NCBI RefSeq assembly: GCF_018350175.1
Contig: NC_058368.1
Span: 192,698,001 to 192,762,000 of the forward strand
Direction of reading: 5' to 3'
From: Felis catus
Lineage: Eukaryota
DNA: 64,000 nucleotides
How positions within the stretch are numbered: position 1 is the stretch's first letter; every line of letters starts with the position of its first letter. The notes beneath the pieces are model-generated. The model saw only the letters and a list, made by a program, of their open reading frames with translations. It was not told the DNA's origin and made no database searches. Positions 50,639-64,000 of this stretch are shown piece after piece. The position numbers and the translations under genes are program-made.

Positions 50639-53600
50639 GGGTTTGGGAACAACTGTGGCTTATGGTTCTTCTATAATTGATAATTATGGTGACCAGAGAG
50701 CTCTGATTTCAAGTATTCTGTTCCCACTGACCCATAAACATTGACATTCTGGAATTTCTTAAATGTCTGGAAATTCTGATATTTTAAGAATTTCAATTAC
50801 ATCCTCCCAGACTGCATTTCCTACCTAGACTCTTCTGTCAGATTATGTCCCCTTAGGGACTAGAAATACTGAGCTCCCAGCTCAGCAGAGAAGCAGAGGT
50901 CTGTCACTCGAGGGGTACAGTCTGCCAAAAATCACTACGATCAGTCTATTACTGATAACACCATCCTGCCTCTGTGCTTTTGCTTATGCTATTCTCTTAG
51001 TCCAGGGAACCCCTTCACTAGGCGGGTAGGCCTCCTCTAGGAAGCCCTCCCTGATTATTCCCTTTTATAATTAAAGGCTTCATGCTCTGTGTGACCACTA
51101 AACATGGCTCATGGCTCAGACGAGAGCCTGGAGTCACCACCTAGGACCTACTTAACCCCTATTTTAAATAAAATTTGAATAACTTTAATACTGGATTTCT
51201 TACCCCAAGGTTTATTTGAAATAACAAATTAGGAAGGAAAAGGCTCATAAGGACAGAAACACTGGAGGTGACAAGAAGTAAAAATCATCTAGGAGTTATG
51301 CAGTATAGAAGAAGATTTTTAGAAAAATATATAAATTCCAAACCTGGGCTTCTGAAAATTAAGATATTGGGTCATTTCCCAATGGAAAAGGAAAGGGCAA
51401 AGGATACCTTTTCCAGACCTCAGTAGTTCTTGAGGGTAGGCAGGGCTATAGGAAATAACTGATATTCATTAAGACAACTATAAGGCATCAAATGCTAACT
51501 CTAAACACTGGGGAAGAGGTGACGAAAGTCATCCTAAAGTTGTAGGATTTAAAGGTTGACAGGATTTTAGAAGTCATCCATACTTTATCGATGCAGACAC
51601 TGAAACCCAAAGAGATGATGCAATTTGTTTGAGGTCACAAAGCTATTTACTGGCCGGGCTGGAACCAAAGCTGGTCTACTAGTTCTCATACCAATACCTG
51701 GAAAAGTCACTTGATGAGCTTTTTTACTCCACAATGCCATTGAGTCGATGAGGCATTAATGGAGGAAGAAATAATGTATCTTCTTGACCCTGCTATACAA
51801 ACACATCTTCTCTTGTTGCTAATGATAACTGCTGAGAAAGGCTACCTCTCTGTACAGAAACAGGTGTCAAAAGGAAGGATGAAATGAGAGTTGGCATTTC
51901 TATCTTTACGATGAGCATGGTGCGAATAGCAAGACTTGAGGGTGATATAATAATTGAAAGAGCATTCTCTAATTGGGGTGATTAATATCCAAATTGGTAT
52001 TACACATGGGCAATATATTCAGTCTCTAAGGAAAATGAAATCCCTCAAACATACAGCTGTCCATCAAGATGCAAATGGCAAAAGAGAAATAAGTGACTGA
52101 TGATGCACAAATGATTTCAATGCTCTATGCATCACCAGGCATTTATTTTGGGGCTTTGGCCGTGGAGAAAGAATAATAGGATTGATCTAAGGCAGTTATA
52201 AACCACCAGTGATAGATAAATATACATCTTCTTGCTCTACGAAGGAGCAGGTATTCAGAACAAGGTGGTTCACACAGACAGACAGCTCTTTAAATGATAC
52301 CTTGCAATTACATTGCAGCCTTCCAGCAGATAATAAACCTTCAGTGTCTTGAATAATTTAAAATTTTCCAGCGGCATGAAGGTTGAAGGGAAAGAAAATC
52401 ACACTCTGCTTTGGAGGGAGAAAAAAAAAATTCTCAGCAGATCAACTGTGGGAATTCTGGCAGAAAAATGCCCAGTTTTTTCATTTGTTTTTCTGAAAGG
52501 TGGATATAATCGTCCCGGCTCAATCTGGTCCCTGATTTTCAAAGTCAAGGAGCCAAGAGTGAATGGATCCATGAGAAATAAATCAGAAGACGTAAGGCAT
52601 TAAATCTTTACATGTTATCACTACTATCACAAAGGTGGTAATATGTAATAGTGTATTATCCTGGATCCAAAGAAACTTGAGTTTGGATCCCAACTCAACC
52701 ACTAACTTGCTGTATGAACTTGATCTCTCTCATTCTGTTTCATCATCTGTAGTATCAGGACAATAACGCCAATCATAGGATTCAGTGAGATCATGTATTA
52801 ACAGTTCCAGCACATATTAAATGTTAACAAGCAATGGCGTTAATTATTATTGTCAAAAATTATTATTATTCATAATGATGGTTTAAGTTTTGAGGGTCTT
52901 CAAGGTGTAACTACAAAAGAGGATGAAGGAAAAAAAAAAGGGACAGATGAACACAGAGCTTCATATCAAGGAACGTTATAGTATCTAGGTTAACGCTTAT
53001 GGTAGAGTTAATCTCGGTCACTCCGAACCAGCCACTGTTCTAATCCCTCTACAAGCAATTATCTCCATCAATCTGCACAGCTCTTTACGGGAGTAGCCTA
53101 ATTTTACTCATTGAGACACAGAGAGATTAAGTGTTAGTTCAATTGTCACCCTATTGTCTGACTCTAGAGCTAGATAGTCCTGAGAACCCAAGGATTCAAA
53201 GCCCAAACAACTTAAGGTTTAACATTTAGTTTCTTTTTTCAAAATAATTTGCACAAGGACAATTTTATGCTGCTACAAAAACAACATCATCTATAAGGGA
53301 GTCGATATCGTGTCATAAAAGTGGATCTGTCAAGGTGGGCTTTTGTAATTAAGTTCACTATAGACACTGATGAACATCCAAAGAAATTGTCGTGAGCGCC
53401 AATGCCTTTGTGAGATGCTAAGAATGCTGTTGAGTCCTGTTGCGAGTCTGTACTGTATGTGCTGTGTTAGCAGCTAGCTCGAACGCTAAAGTGGGGTGGA
53501 TGCTCAACTGTACTGGTTGGGAAATGTATTCAAGGACGAGCTTTGGTGCACATTTGGCTCACACAGTAAGTCAGGGAAGGGTGGGAAAAAAAAAGGGACA

Positions 53601-55894
53601 TAACCAGGGTGTCTATACCTGCCGCTGTAGCCTTGCCCTTTGGGCACAGTGGATGGTTGGGCCAGCAGTAGCATACCCACTGGAAACGGCCTGGATTGGG
53701 AGATAGGGCTGTGTTCCTGACTTATGCAGGTGCCTGATAGCTTGCGGGGGGTGTGCCCAGCCAGCAGCAGATGTTCCTGAATGGGAGCAGGACTTTGTCA
53801 TGAACCAGCCGAATGACTGCAGTGCCCGGTGGGTTTCCACTTCTCATTTCTAAAATGTGCAGGCTAGGTAGAGATTCCTGAAAGTAGAGCAGAAATTCCC
53901 TAAACTCTGAAGTCGTGCTGCCTGGAAACACTAGGCTTCTTACCATCAGTGGAAAGCCTTGATTTCTTCCAGATTTAAAAATAGATTTTGCGTGTGGGTA
54001 ACTTGCAAATGCCTGAACTTGAGGTTTTGCATGTGGAGAGCTCCCTAAGAGATAGGATCCGTGGGAGTGTGGAAGAAATATTTAAAAATAAAGGTGGAAA
54101 TGTGAATAGAATTGGAGTGTCTGTTCTTGAACTTACTCTACGACCACATTTTTTAGAAATTTATCTTGTACTGGAAGGAACTTGCGGGTGGAGATACAAA
54201 CAGGGTCTTCTAAAACCCAGAGGGAGCCGTGGGAAGATCAGGGCAGAAATAAACCGGGCTGACGGATGTTGTAGGGCGGAATGATTTTAATTCAATATGA
54301 GGAAATGCTTTCTCAAGAGCTGCCCAGTTAATCGTGACACAGCAAGGCAGACCTGGCACAGGAGCACAGAGGTGGCCATCGGCATTGCTGACCTAGCCTC
54401 ATGACACTCTTGCAACAAAGCTAAGCAGGTGAGTACACTGAGCTGAAAGAAACAAAACCAGGGTGGCCTTGATTTGAGCTTTTCTATTTCCAAAGCCATG
54501 AGTGTGGTTAGAAGTGGGCTGACATCAAGGAAGCACTTTGGGGGCAAAAAATGTTCGTGGGTGAGTTTTAAATGTCCCAGGAAAGGCCAGAAATCCATAC
54601 TCTGGAGAACAGGGCTTTGAAGTCAGGTGTCCCCAGGTTGGACGGGATGTTGGTCTACCCCAGAAAAGAGAAGGCAGGGGGCTTCTGACTGAGGACCAGG
54701 CAGGGACCCAAGTGCATTCTCACATCAAAAGAAATTTTTTTTTTTTTTTTTTAACTGGATGTTTCAGGAGGAATTTCCTCCATGCCTGCTGCACTTAAGA
54801 GTTATGAGCTCGGTTGGGGCCTCAAACAGGTGATTATGGTAATTTAGAGAGAAAGTACCAAGCCATTTCTGTCACAAGGCCATTCCAGCTTGAAAATAAT
54901 AGTGCCTCCTCGTATTTATAGAGTGCTGAATACTTTCCAAAGCCCTTTCCCATTTATTATCTCATTTGATCCTGACAATGGGGCCAGAGATGTGGGTTCT
55001 GGCTCTGGTGCAGGGCTTTGAATGAGGGCTTTACCCTCTCGGGTCTTCAGTTTCCCAATGGTGGTCCTGGGACCGCCTGCATCAGAATCTCCAGAGAGCT
55101 GGACAGAGTGCAGATTCCCAGGCTTCACCCAGGCTAAGAACCTGGATGTCTGCAGGGTGGGGCCCCGCAATCTGCATACTAAACATACTTCGCAGGTGAC
55201 TCTTCTGCACACCAAAATTTGAGAACCCCTGCTCCAGCATTTTATACCTCCTCAGCAAGGAGATCTTGTCATACGAAACACACACACTCAGCAACTAAAA
55301 AAAATCCTGAGAAAGTATAAAATTCTGATGAGTGGGGAGAAAACAGTCTGGTGTTGGCTGAGTGTATGTGATCATCCAGATAATAACAGCCTCTCGAGGA
55401 TATAATTAGTGCCCTCAAAATTGGAATATGACTGTTTAATAATTTAAGTGAGATCATCAGGATTAATGAATAGCAGTTGAAATTAAATGTGGGACCATAA
55501 ATCCACATGGCCTGCTCCAGGGAGGCAGTTATTTATGACAAGGCGTCCTGGAAAACAGGGGTCTGGCTGATACTGAACTGGTCTCCTCCCCCAAGGGCCA
55601 CATGTGTTTGCACCTCATGCAGTCCAGACTATGCACACATTCACAGAAATCACCATCCAACTCTACCACAAAGCATCTGTTTGTGATCGATGTCCTGCCA
55701 TTCTTATAATCTGGTGTTTTCCAAGTCTAAACACCATTTCAACTCTAGCAAAATAGTATGAGATACTGGCTGAGAAAGCAAGATTATTGGGGCCTGCCCC
55801 AGAACCACTGACTTAGAATCTCTGCTGCTGGGCCCTGCTAACCTGCATTTTAACAAGCTTCCCAGTTGATGCTTTCCCAGTTTGAAATTCCCAA

Positions 55895-56107
55895 AATTTT
55901 TTAATGCTTATTTATTTTTGAGAGACACCGAGAGACAGAGCACGAGTGGGGAAGGAGCAGAGAGAGAGGGGGACGCAGAATCCGAAGCAGGCTCCAGGCT
56001 CTGAGCTGTCAGCACAGAGCCCGACGTGGGGCTTGAACTCACAGACCGCGAGATCATGACCCGAGCCAAAGTCGGCCGCTCAACCCATTGAGCCACCCAG
56101 GCGCCCC
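55895..56107 (-). mobile_element. Can-SINE
   Basis: Reverse SINE ending CCCAGGCGCCCC. Confidence 0.9.
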
Positions 56108-57869
56108 TGACACGTTTCTGATTTTAACTAAGCCCAGTAGTAGGCCTCTGCGGTAGATGGGGTAGCTCAGCACCCATCACCCCACATCCCAGTTAATAGT
56201 AATAAGAACCACCACCACCATAATAGCATCATTAACAAGAACCATTTACTGAATGCCAACGTGTGCTGGGCCCTGACAAACATATTGGCTCATGAGATGG
56301 GAGAGGATGGGGTAGAACTAGTTCGGCTCAGCTGGCACCACAGGCCAGCCCCCTGAATAAATCACCATGGCCATGGGGAAGGAACATCACTGGCCAGACG
56401 GGCCAGGGCCACCCCCATGGTATTAGTGACCAGCTGTCCCTGCAGGAGCACAGGCACAAACCATAGGTGAGGAGTAGGTCACCAAACTCCCTTTGTCCCT
56501 CATCTTCCCTCAGCCAGAAGGCAGGAAGAAAACAGGGTTTTTTGTCGACCACAAAGAATATTTACAGTCAACTCTGCTCAGGAACCAGGTCTATTTATAG
56601 GTCATTTTCATTCACTCATGAGTTCAAGCACCACTTCTGTCTTACGGCAGCAGGGACAGGTTTTCCGGGAAAGGTCAGGTCTGGTCTTTCCTCCCACCTC
56701 GTTAAAATGAATCTGCTGGCTGTTGTGGAGATTCTGGGAAGGTAATTGTTAGTTTGAGTTTTACATTAACAGAGATTGGAGTGCACTTGTTCTTTGGAAT
56801 ATTCTAGACCATATATTCTGACAGCCTACAGGAAAAAAAAAAAAAACCTAACGGTTTCTGAGAAGACTGGGCACAAAGCATAGCTTTAGAATTCCCTCTG
56901 TATTCACCCTCACTGCACATTATTAGTAATGCCCAGTAAATCCCATGCGTTAACAGGCACAGGACTGGAGGACATACAGTTGATGGTGGGCATTACTGCT
57001 TATTTGAGACTCCTGGATGCTCATAAATACTGTGGGCATCTCTGAAGAGGTCGGAGCATATGAAGCAAACAAATAAAATTGTTACTATTATTTTATTATT
57101 CTGGGAAGAACGAACATTTTGGTCTTTCAAGAGAAGGACCTGCATGTACACAGCATCCAGAAAAGTTGGAAGAGGCAGTCTGAATCTGTTAATACTTTAC
57201 AGGAACCAACGTGACTAAATCACATAAGGGGAAGAGATGTTACTATGGCCTTCCTACACGCTTATTTTTTTGTCTTATATAATGATGCAAAAGTGGCATT
57301 TTCGTGAGATCGCTCTACTTGAGATAGTAAAGCTAGAGACTGAAGAGAGCCAGAGGAGAAATTAAACTCGCAATGTCCATGAACACTAGATTGACTGCCA
57401 GTACTGCAATTTTCTCCTTTTAATTTCTGGAGTAAGTAAATCACAGGCAAGTGTGTGGACTGGGCCTTCTTGATCTTCAGAACTGTCAAGGATCACCTAT
57501 TTTTGGCTAGGAAAACTGGTTACATTTTAAGTCCCCAATGTTTACAGCTGTGAAGGTGCTTCTGGATTCAGGTCAAAACAAAATTGGCTCTGGAGTTGGG
57601 GGTCGCCTGACAAAAGACATGATCGAACTTTTCAGGGGCTGGAAGTGCTGCAAGGAAACTGGGAAGAATCCTCCAAGTATCTTTTTGCAATGAGCTCATT
57701 TTACAGCTGCCCGTGTGTCTGGTGTTCGCAGCAGGTTAGAGCCAATGCCTGCCTTTTTGGCCAATGTGCTTCGTTAACAGGCTAGAACCTGTATTATTTA
57801 GAGAACTGGGCCAATATTTACAGTGAATGACAGCAGCAGAACATATCTATTAGACATAAGCATTTCTTT

Positions 57870-58297
57870 TTTTAATTTCTTTTTTATTTAAAAAGATTTG
57901 TTTTAATGTTTTTATTTATTTTTGAGACAGAGAGAGACAGAGCATGAGCAGGGGAGGGGCAGAGAGAGAGGGAGACACAGAATCCGAAGCAGGCTTCAGG
58001 TTCCGAGCTGTCTGCACAGAGCCCGACGTGGGGCTCGAACTCACAGACCATGAGATCATGACCTGAGCTGAAGTCGGACACTTAACCGACTGAGCCACCC
58101 AGGCACCGCAGCATTTCTTTTCTTTAAAAAACATTTTTATTTATTTATTTTTGAGAGAGAGACAGAGCACGAGTGGGGGAGGGACAGAGAGAGAGGGAGA
58201 TACAGAATCTAAAGCAGGCTCCAGGCTCTGAGCTGTCAGCACGGAGCCTGATGCGGGGCCTGAACCCACGAACCGTGAAGAGCCACCCAGGCACCCC
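57870..58297 (-). mobile_element. Nested pair of Can-SINEs
   Basis: Outer TSD TAGACATAAGCATTTCTTT at 57851-57869 and 58298-58316; inner TSD AGCATTTCTTTT at 57859-57870 and 58090-58101. Confidence 0.9.
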
Positions 58298-59517
58298 TAG
58301 ACATAAGCATTTCTTTACCTAAAAGCTCTGTTGTTATTTTTACCTAAAAGTCATTTTGCTCAGGAGCTGGGGTATGGAGAGGAGGTGAAGTTCTTGTACC
58401 CTGGTTTGCACTGTCTACGGAAGGTGAATTTTCCCTTAAGGCAAATGTTGGCCACTCAAGAGGCTTCCTATAAAGTGAAATACAACATGTTTAAATCACT
58501 TACAACAGTGCCTGGTACCCAGTAAGTGCCACACAAGTACCATGCTGCATTACTATTATTGCTGGTATTGCCTGTTCCTTTTCCTGGATACAGACCAAAT
58601 CAGCCCTTTCAGCTCCCCAGCCATGGCGCTAAGTGTGAAGGATGTGAAAAGATTTGGTTGGTTTGAGCCAAATCAACTTAGGTACTGAGGAACCTCTTAC
58701 TTTCATTTTGGCCTCAAATTTCATCTCCCTCGAGACCCTGAGTAAATAACAATTCATGTCAGCCCTAAGCCAAGGGCTTTCTGTGGTCCTCCTTCTGGAA
58801 GCCTTATTCCAAGGACCTCCAATAACCTGCTCTACTGGCTGTTGCTTCCCCCCCCCCCGACATTATGTTTTCAAGGAAACACTAAAATAGTGGAAAGGGG
58901 TAGGTTTAATCCTCACAAGAAAATCAGGAGAGTATCGGCAATTTAGCACAGTGATGCTGTGCCAAGTTTTTAAAATGTAGAAGGCTCACCCACCTCAATA
59001 GAAACATCACCTTTCTGAAAATGTAATGCAGCTATTTTCCACTACAGAAACGATTCTTTCCCAAACATCAGGGTTTTTGATGCTTCAGATGCAATCTGAG
59101 CGATTTATTTGATTTTTTTTTTTTTGCTATCTCTGTAAATCATTTATACAGTGCTTGATTCACAAAATCCTGTTTTTTTTAAAGATGCACAAAATATCCC
59201 ATAAACATACTGACTCCTGCATCCTGTGTTCCTGCCAGATATCCACCAAAAGGTTTCTAGAGTTCCCTCATTATAAACTAATTGATATGCTGTAACAGCT
59301 CTAATCTTCTTAGGAGTCCTCTCCTTTGGATTCCAAGAGAGAGGCGTTGTAGATGTCAAAGATATTACAGGAGAAGAAAATCAAGAAGCCTGTGGATTTT
59401 CTTAGTTGTTAGACACCCTAGAGACTGACACTTAAGATGTGGGATTCTTAAGATTATGGAGCCCATCACGGGGAAGATCAATCCTTTCTGTCAAGTGGGA
59501 TTACCAACCGAGACTGG

Positions 59518-59731
59518 CTCGGTCCCCCCCATATCTGCAGTTTCGCCTTCTCTGGTTTCAGGAACCTGCGGCCATCAGTGGTTCGGGAGGCGGGGGATTC
59601 TGATCACCTGTCAGAAGGTCAAAGGTAGCCTGCCTCCACCTCACAGTACCTACATATTCACCTTACTTCATCTCATCACGAGGCATTGTATCGTCTCACA
59701 TCATCACAAGAACAAGAGTGAGTAAGGCACA

Positions 59732-59781
<50 letters not shown>

Positions 59782-59992
59782 ATTCACATAGCTTTTATTA
59801 CAGTATATTGTTCTAGTTGTTCTATTTTATTATTAGTTGTTAATCACTTACTGTGTATGATTTATAAATTAAGCTATGTCGCGGTTATATAGAAAAAAAT
59901 ATGGTAAACATGGAGTTTGGTACTATCCACGGTTTCAGGCATCCACTGGGGTTCTTAGGACATGTCACCACAGATAAAGGGGGACTACTGTA
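59518..59992. mobile_element. MER44-like (Tigger-derived) DNA transposon with internal (GA)n expansion
   Basis: TIR-like ends GTCCCCCCATATC and GATAAAGGGGGACTACTGTA; internal TTTTATTACAGTATATTGTT. Confidence 0.8.
59735..59777 (+). repeat. (GA)n microsatellite
   Basis: Direct observation. Confidence 0.95.
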
Positions 59993-61139
59993 CTCTAAGG
60001 GCAGGTAAGCACTTTAGGCCACTTACCACCAATCTCTTTGAGCCTCAGTTTGGTCATCTGTAAGATGGAACTGTTTTTTCTGCCCTCATACTGTAGAGGG
60101 AACAGTATTTTATGTCTGGAGCGGTCATGGGAGGTGATGCTGGGCAGGCCAAAATACACACCGTCATTCTACCTGCGTGGCCTGCTTTATCTTTTCCTCC
60201 CTGTGGTGTGCTCACTGGCATAGGCTCTGCCCTGCCAAGGAGGCTCACAGTTCCTTAGCTGCTAAGCTTGTCCTCGGGTCAGTTAGTTCAGGAGGAAAGC
60301 GGTAGGAACAGATCGATGTTGTGTTCTCTGGACCAGCCTCTCCAACAATACAGCTAATATTCTGGGGTCACTTGACTCCTGTCTCTTTTCACAGTTGAGT
60401 CAGAGAAGGAAAGATGTGACAGTCATTTTATAATGACAAGGGCAACTGATTGTAAAAAAGTTAAGTAACAGAAACCTGGATACAAAGTTAAATATGACTG
60501 GACGTCCACTACACAAAGTACAATGTAAAGGCACTAAACGTAGAGGGATATTATCTAGCTATTAAAAAACAGATGAGTTAGCTCTATATCTTTTGACCCA
60601 AGGGATGTCTGTGATACATTAACAGGAATAAAAGGAGGAATGTGTACAGTATGATCCTTAAAAGGGGGGGAAAAAAGGGAAACAAAAAGCCATGTAAAGA
60701 TTAGGGGTAAAGGTTTTAGCATCAGAATGCATGGTTTTAAAACAAAGCTCTGCTTCTTTGAGCTAAGCACATGTTGGCTACTCACGTAACTTCCCTGTAT
60801 CTCAGTTTTCTCATCTATAAAATGGGGATAGAAATACTACCTTTTTTAAGTAGGCAAAAGCGGTTTGAGATCATTTGAGCCCAGTGGTTTTCACACTGGG
60901 AAGGAGAGAACCCACGAGAGTGTTATGGTAATGAAAGAGGGAATTCACTTAGCACAAAATAGGTGCTCATTAAGTACTAGCTCTTGTTATTACATGCCGT
61001 TACATGTTAGTATTATTATGCAGAATGGTGTAGAATAACACACACCAGACTATTAACATGTTACCTCAGCTGGAGTGGAACTAAAAGGGGATTGGGAGGG
61101 TATGAGAAAGAAAATGGAGATGAAGAGACACTGGAAACC

Positions 61140-62117
61140 AAAAAAAAAAAAAAAAAAAATCTACAAATGGCACACAGGCATGTGGACAGATGCTCAACAG
61201 CACGTCATAGGGAAATGCAAATTAAAACGAGACCCTCCTACACACCTATGAGAATGGCAAAAATCCAGAACACTGACAAGACCCAACGCTGGCAAGGCTG
61301 TGGAACAAGAGCAGCCCCCGTTCACAGCTGGCGGGAATGCAGAACGGTACAGTCACTTTGGGAGAGTCTGGCAGCTTCTTACACAAGTAAACATACTCTT
61401 CCCATGGGAGTCCAGCAATTGTGTTCCTTGGTATTTACCTAAGTGAGCTAAAAACATGTCCACCCCAAAACCTGTACATGGATGTTTAAAACGGCTTACT
61501 CATAACTGCCTAAACTTGCAAGCAACCAAGATGCCCTTCAGTTGAGGAGTAGATAATTAAACGGTGATATGTCCTGATAGTGGAATATTAGTCTGCACCA
61601 AAAGGAAACAAGCTATAAGCCATAAAAAGCCATGGAGACACCTTAAGTGCATATTACTGTGTGAAAGGAGCCAATCTGAAAAGGCTGCCTGGAGTATGAT
61701 TCCAGTTATATTAGACATTCTGGAAAAGGCAAAACCATGGAGACAGCAAACAGGTCGGTGGCTGCCAGGGGTTGGGGGAGGGCAGGAGGAACAGGCACAG
61801 CACAGAGGAGTTTTAAGGTAGTGAAACTATTCAGTAGGACCCTCTAATGGTGGATATATGTCCATCATACATTTGTCCCACAGAATGTGCAACGCCAAGA
61901 GTGAACCCCAGTATACCACTATATACTTGGGGTGATGTGTCAACGTAGGTCCATCAGTTGTCACGAATGTGACTCCGATGCAGGTGCAGGGCATTGATGG
62001 GGGCCAGGGGCTAGCTACGTGTGTGGTGGGAGTGGAGGGGTATATGGGAACTCTCTACTTTCAGCTTCACTTTGCAGTGAACCTAAAACTGATCTAAAAG
62101 GTAAAGTCTATTAAAAA
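61140..62117 (+). mobile_element. Old L1 3' end (L1MC1-like)
   Basis: ORF2 remnant LQMAHRHVDRCST..REMQIKT; 3'UTR ending GTGAACCTAAAACTGATCTAAAAGGTAAAGTCTATT. Confidence 0.8.
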
Positions 62118-62974
62118 CCCGAGGGTGGGGGGCAAAAGCCTAAATGTTAATAGTAATTGCCTGCAGGTGATGAGGTTACAGACGGCTCTTTCTGGACTTT
62201 GCATATTTTCTCCTTCACTCCTAGCCTGGGCTCATGCTGTCCTCTCAGCCTCAAATACTCTTCACCCCATACCCCAGGAAGTAGTATCTACTGATCTCTT
62301 AGGATGGAGTTTAGCTAGAATTTTCTCTGGAAGTCTTTCCTGATCTTCTCTGAGCTCCACAGTACCTGGCTCTCCACCAAGGATCACACACTCCATGGTC
62401 TTACAATGGTCTCTTACCTCGTCTGTCTGCCCATCTAGATGTGAGTCTTTGTGGAGAAGACTGTGTCAGCCCTGCTGTATCCCTAGCATCTAGCACAGCA
62501 TCAGCAACAGTCGATTCATGAGTGTCGTTGAATATACGAAGATGAATTAAATCAGGACAAGTAAAGGGAAAAACAAAATAAGCAGTACAAAACTCATGGC
62601 GAAAGAACTGAAGCAATACAGTGGAGGTGGGGAATAGCCACCCCAACGGCGGTGGGGTCCTGGAAGCAAATGAAGGCTGAGAGAGGAACAGATGCGGATG
62701 CTTAGGGGCAGGGTCAAGAGCGGTATGTTGAAATGCAGACCAGGGCAGGGCAGAATGGATTCCCTGATGTGCTCCCATGACTGGGCTGGTATAAGAGTGC
62801 ATGTCAGAATTTATAAGTCCATCATGGGAAAGAGGACCTGACTCTGGCTTCACTGGTGAGGGTCTCTAGTGTGTGAGCCAGTGGGTCCAGCAGTGTCTGT
62901 AATCCCCCCAGCACCACTCACTGCCAGGGACCCATCAATAGCTCTACAAACACCTGCTGAAGAATTCCTTCTAA

Positions 62975-63190
62975 GGGGGCGCCTGGGTGGCTCAGTTGGT
63001 TAAGCATCAGCTCGGGCTGTGATCTCTCAATAGTCAGATGGGAGCCCTGGGTCGGGCTCTGTGCTGACAGCGTGGAGCCTTCTCGGGATTCTCTCTCTCT
63101 CCCTCTTTCTCTGCCCCTTCCCAACTGGTGCACAGCCCTCTCCCTTTCTCTCTCAAAACAAACAAACAAACAAACAAACAAACAAACAAA
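62975..63190 (+). mobile_element. Can-SINE with (CAAA)n tail
   Basis: GGGGGCGCCTGGGTGGCTCAG head; tail turned into AAAC repeats. Confidence 0.9.
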
Positions 63191-64000
63191 GACTTCCTTC
63201 TCCATGTGTTTGTTTGTTCATTTACTGATAGGGACTAGAGGTGAGGAAAATACTGTCAATGAGATCATACCAACGCCTTTCATTTCTGTACCTCATCATC
63301 CCAGGTAGCCCATCATTCATCCAAGGACAATAACCCTTTCCATTACCGCATATCCTATTTTTCTGCAAAACCAACACTATTTGAAAGTGGGCAGGAAAAG
63401 GAGAAAAGGAACAGAAAAATACAAATGAACAAAAAGGCCTCTGTCGTGTCTCCTAATAAAAAATCTGCCATCCGGGCAGTGCCGTCTGGAGGCAGGTCTG
63501 CCCCCCTCCGCCCTCGTCTTTCTCTCCCACTCGTGCAAAAGCATCTCTGTGTCCTCTTAATCCTCAAGCAAAGCTCACACATTTGAAGAGCTTTTGGACA
63601 CCCCTGGAAAACTGCAGTGCTCTATCTGTAGGCAAGGCCGGGATTATTGTGAGGCCGGCACCAGCCTCCAGTCTTGTCCCCGGTGCTGCCTGCACAGAGC
63701 TCTGGTTCTCATTTCAAGCATTCATCTGCTCCAATTTTGTCTCCTACCCGAGGTCTCAACCCTTAGCTGAATTACAATTAGTTGCCCTGAGGATCCTGGA
63801 GGAGACTCATTTCAGAGGAAGACGCCTTCTGCTGGGCAGCACCAATCTCGCCCGTTGTTAGCATCTATGAATTTCAACGCTGAGAACTGCCTCTGCTCAC
63901 GTGGCCCAGAGAAATCTGTCTTTCGTGATGGCCCACATTTGCCGTACTTTGGACAGGCCTCTCCATAGTTCTGAAATTGCTTCTCCCAAATCTCATTTTT

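Larger units (their letters stand above)
6440..64000 (-). other. GALNT10: Large GALNT10 intron (likely intron 4); the preceding exon lies beyond the window
   Basis: No sequence encoding the expected upstream peptide (NTSIIIPFHNEGWSSLLRTVHS...) seen by eye or in the ORF track; region is repeat-rich and non-coding. Confidence 0.8.

Noticed and set aside
1..64000. A novel multi-gene system, CRISPR array or prokaryote-type operon
   Set aside because: The sequence is mammalian intronic DNA; all recognisable coding is GALNT10 or L1, and there is no repeat-spacer array.

Overview
Mammalian (felid-type, judged from tRNA-derived Can-SINEs and cat-like L1) genomic DNA lying within the GALNT10 gene on the minus strand. 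Only two coding exons are present: 6254-6439 (186 bp) and 2227-2410 (184 bp), matching human exons 5 and 6 as I recall them, both with canonical AG/GT sites. Everything from 6440 to 64000 appears to be one large intron; I found no further upstream exon. The main structure is a ~17 kb nested LINE-1 complex (7660-24800). An old L1M is split by a carnivore L1 (+, 11106-24311, 12-bp TSD) whose very short 5'UTR looks spliced. That element is split by a full-length but dead younger L1 (-, 12781-18708, 18-bp TSD) carrying a 37-nt 3' transduction, and it also has an in-register duplicated L1 3' end. There are about 23 Can-SINEs plus MIR, L2, MaLR and MER elements, microsatellites, and several repeat-poor islands rich in homeobox/GATA motifs. 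I see no evidence of a novel multi-gene system; the notable items are retrotransposition-mechanism signatures and possible regulatory elements. Repeat subfamily names come from recalled consensus sequences and need RepeatMasker/Dfam confirmation.
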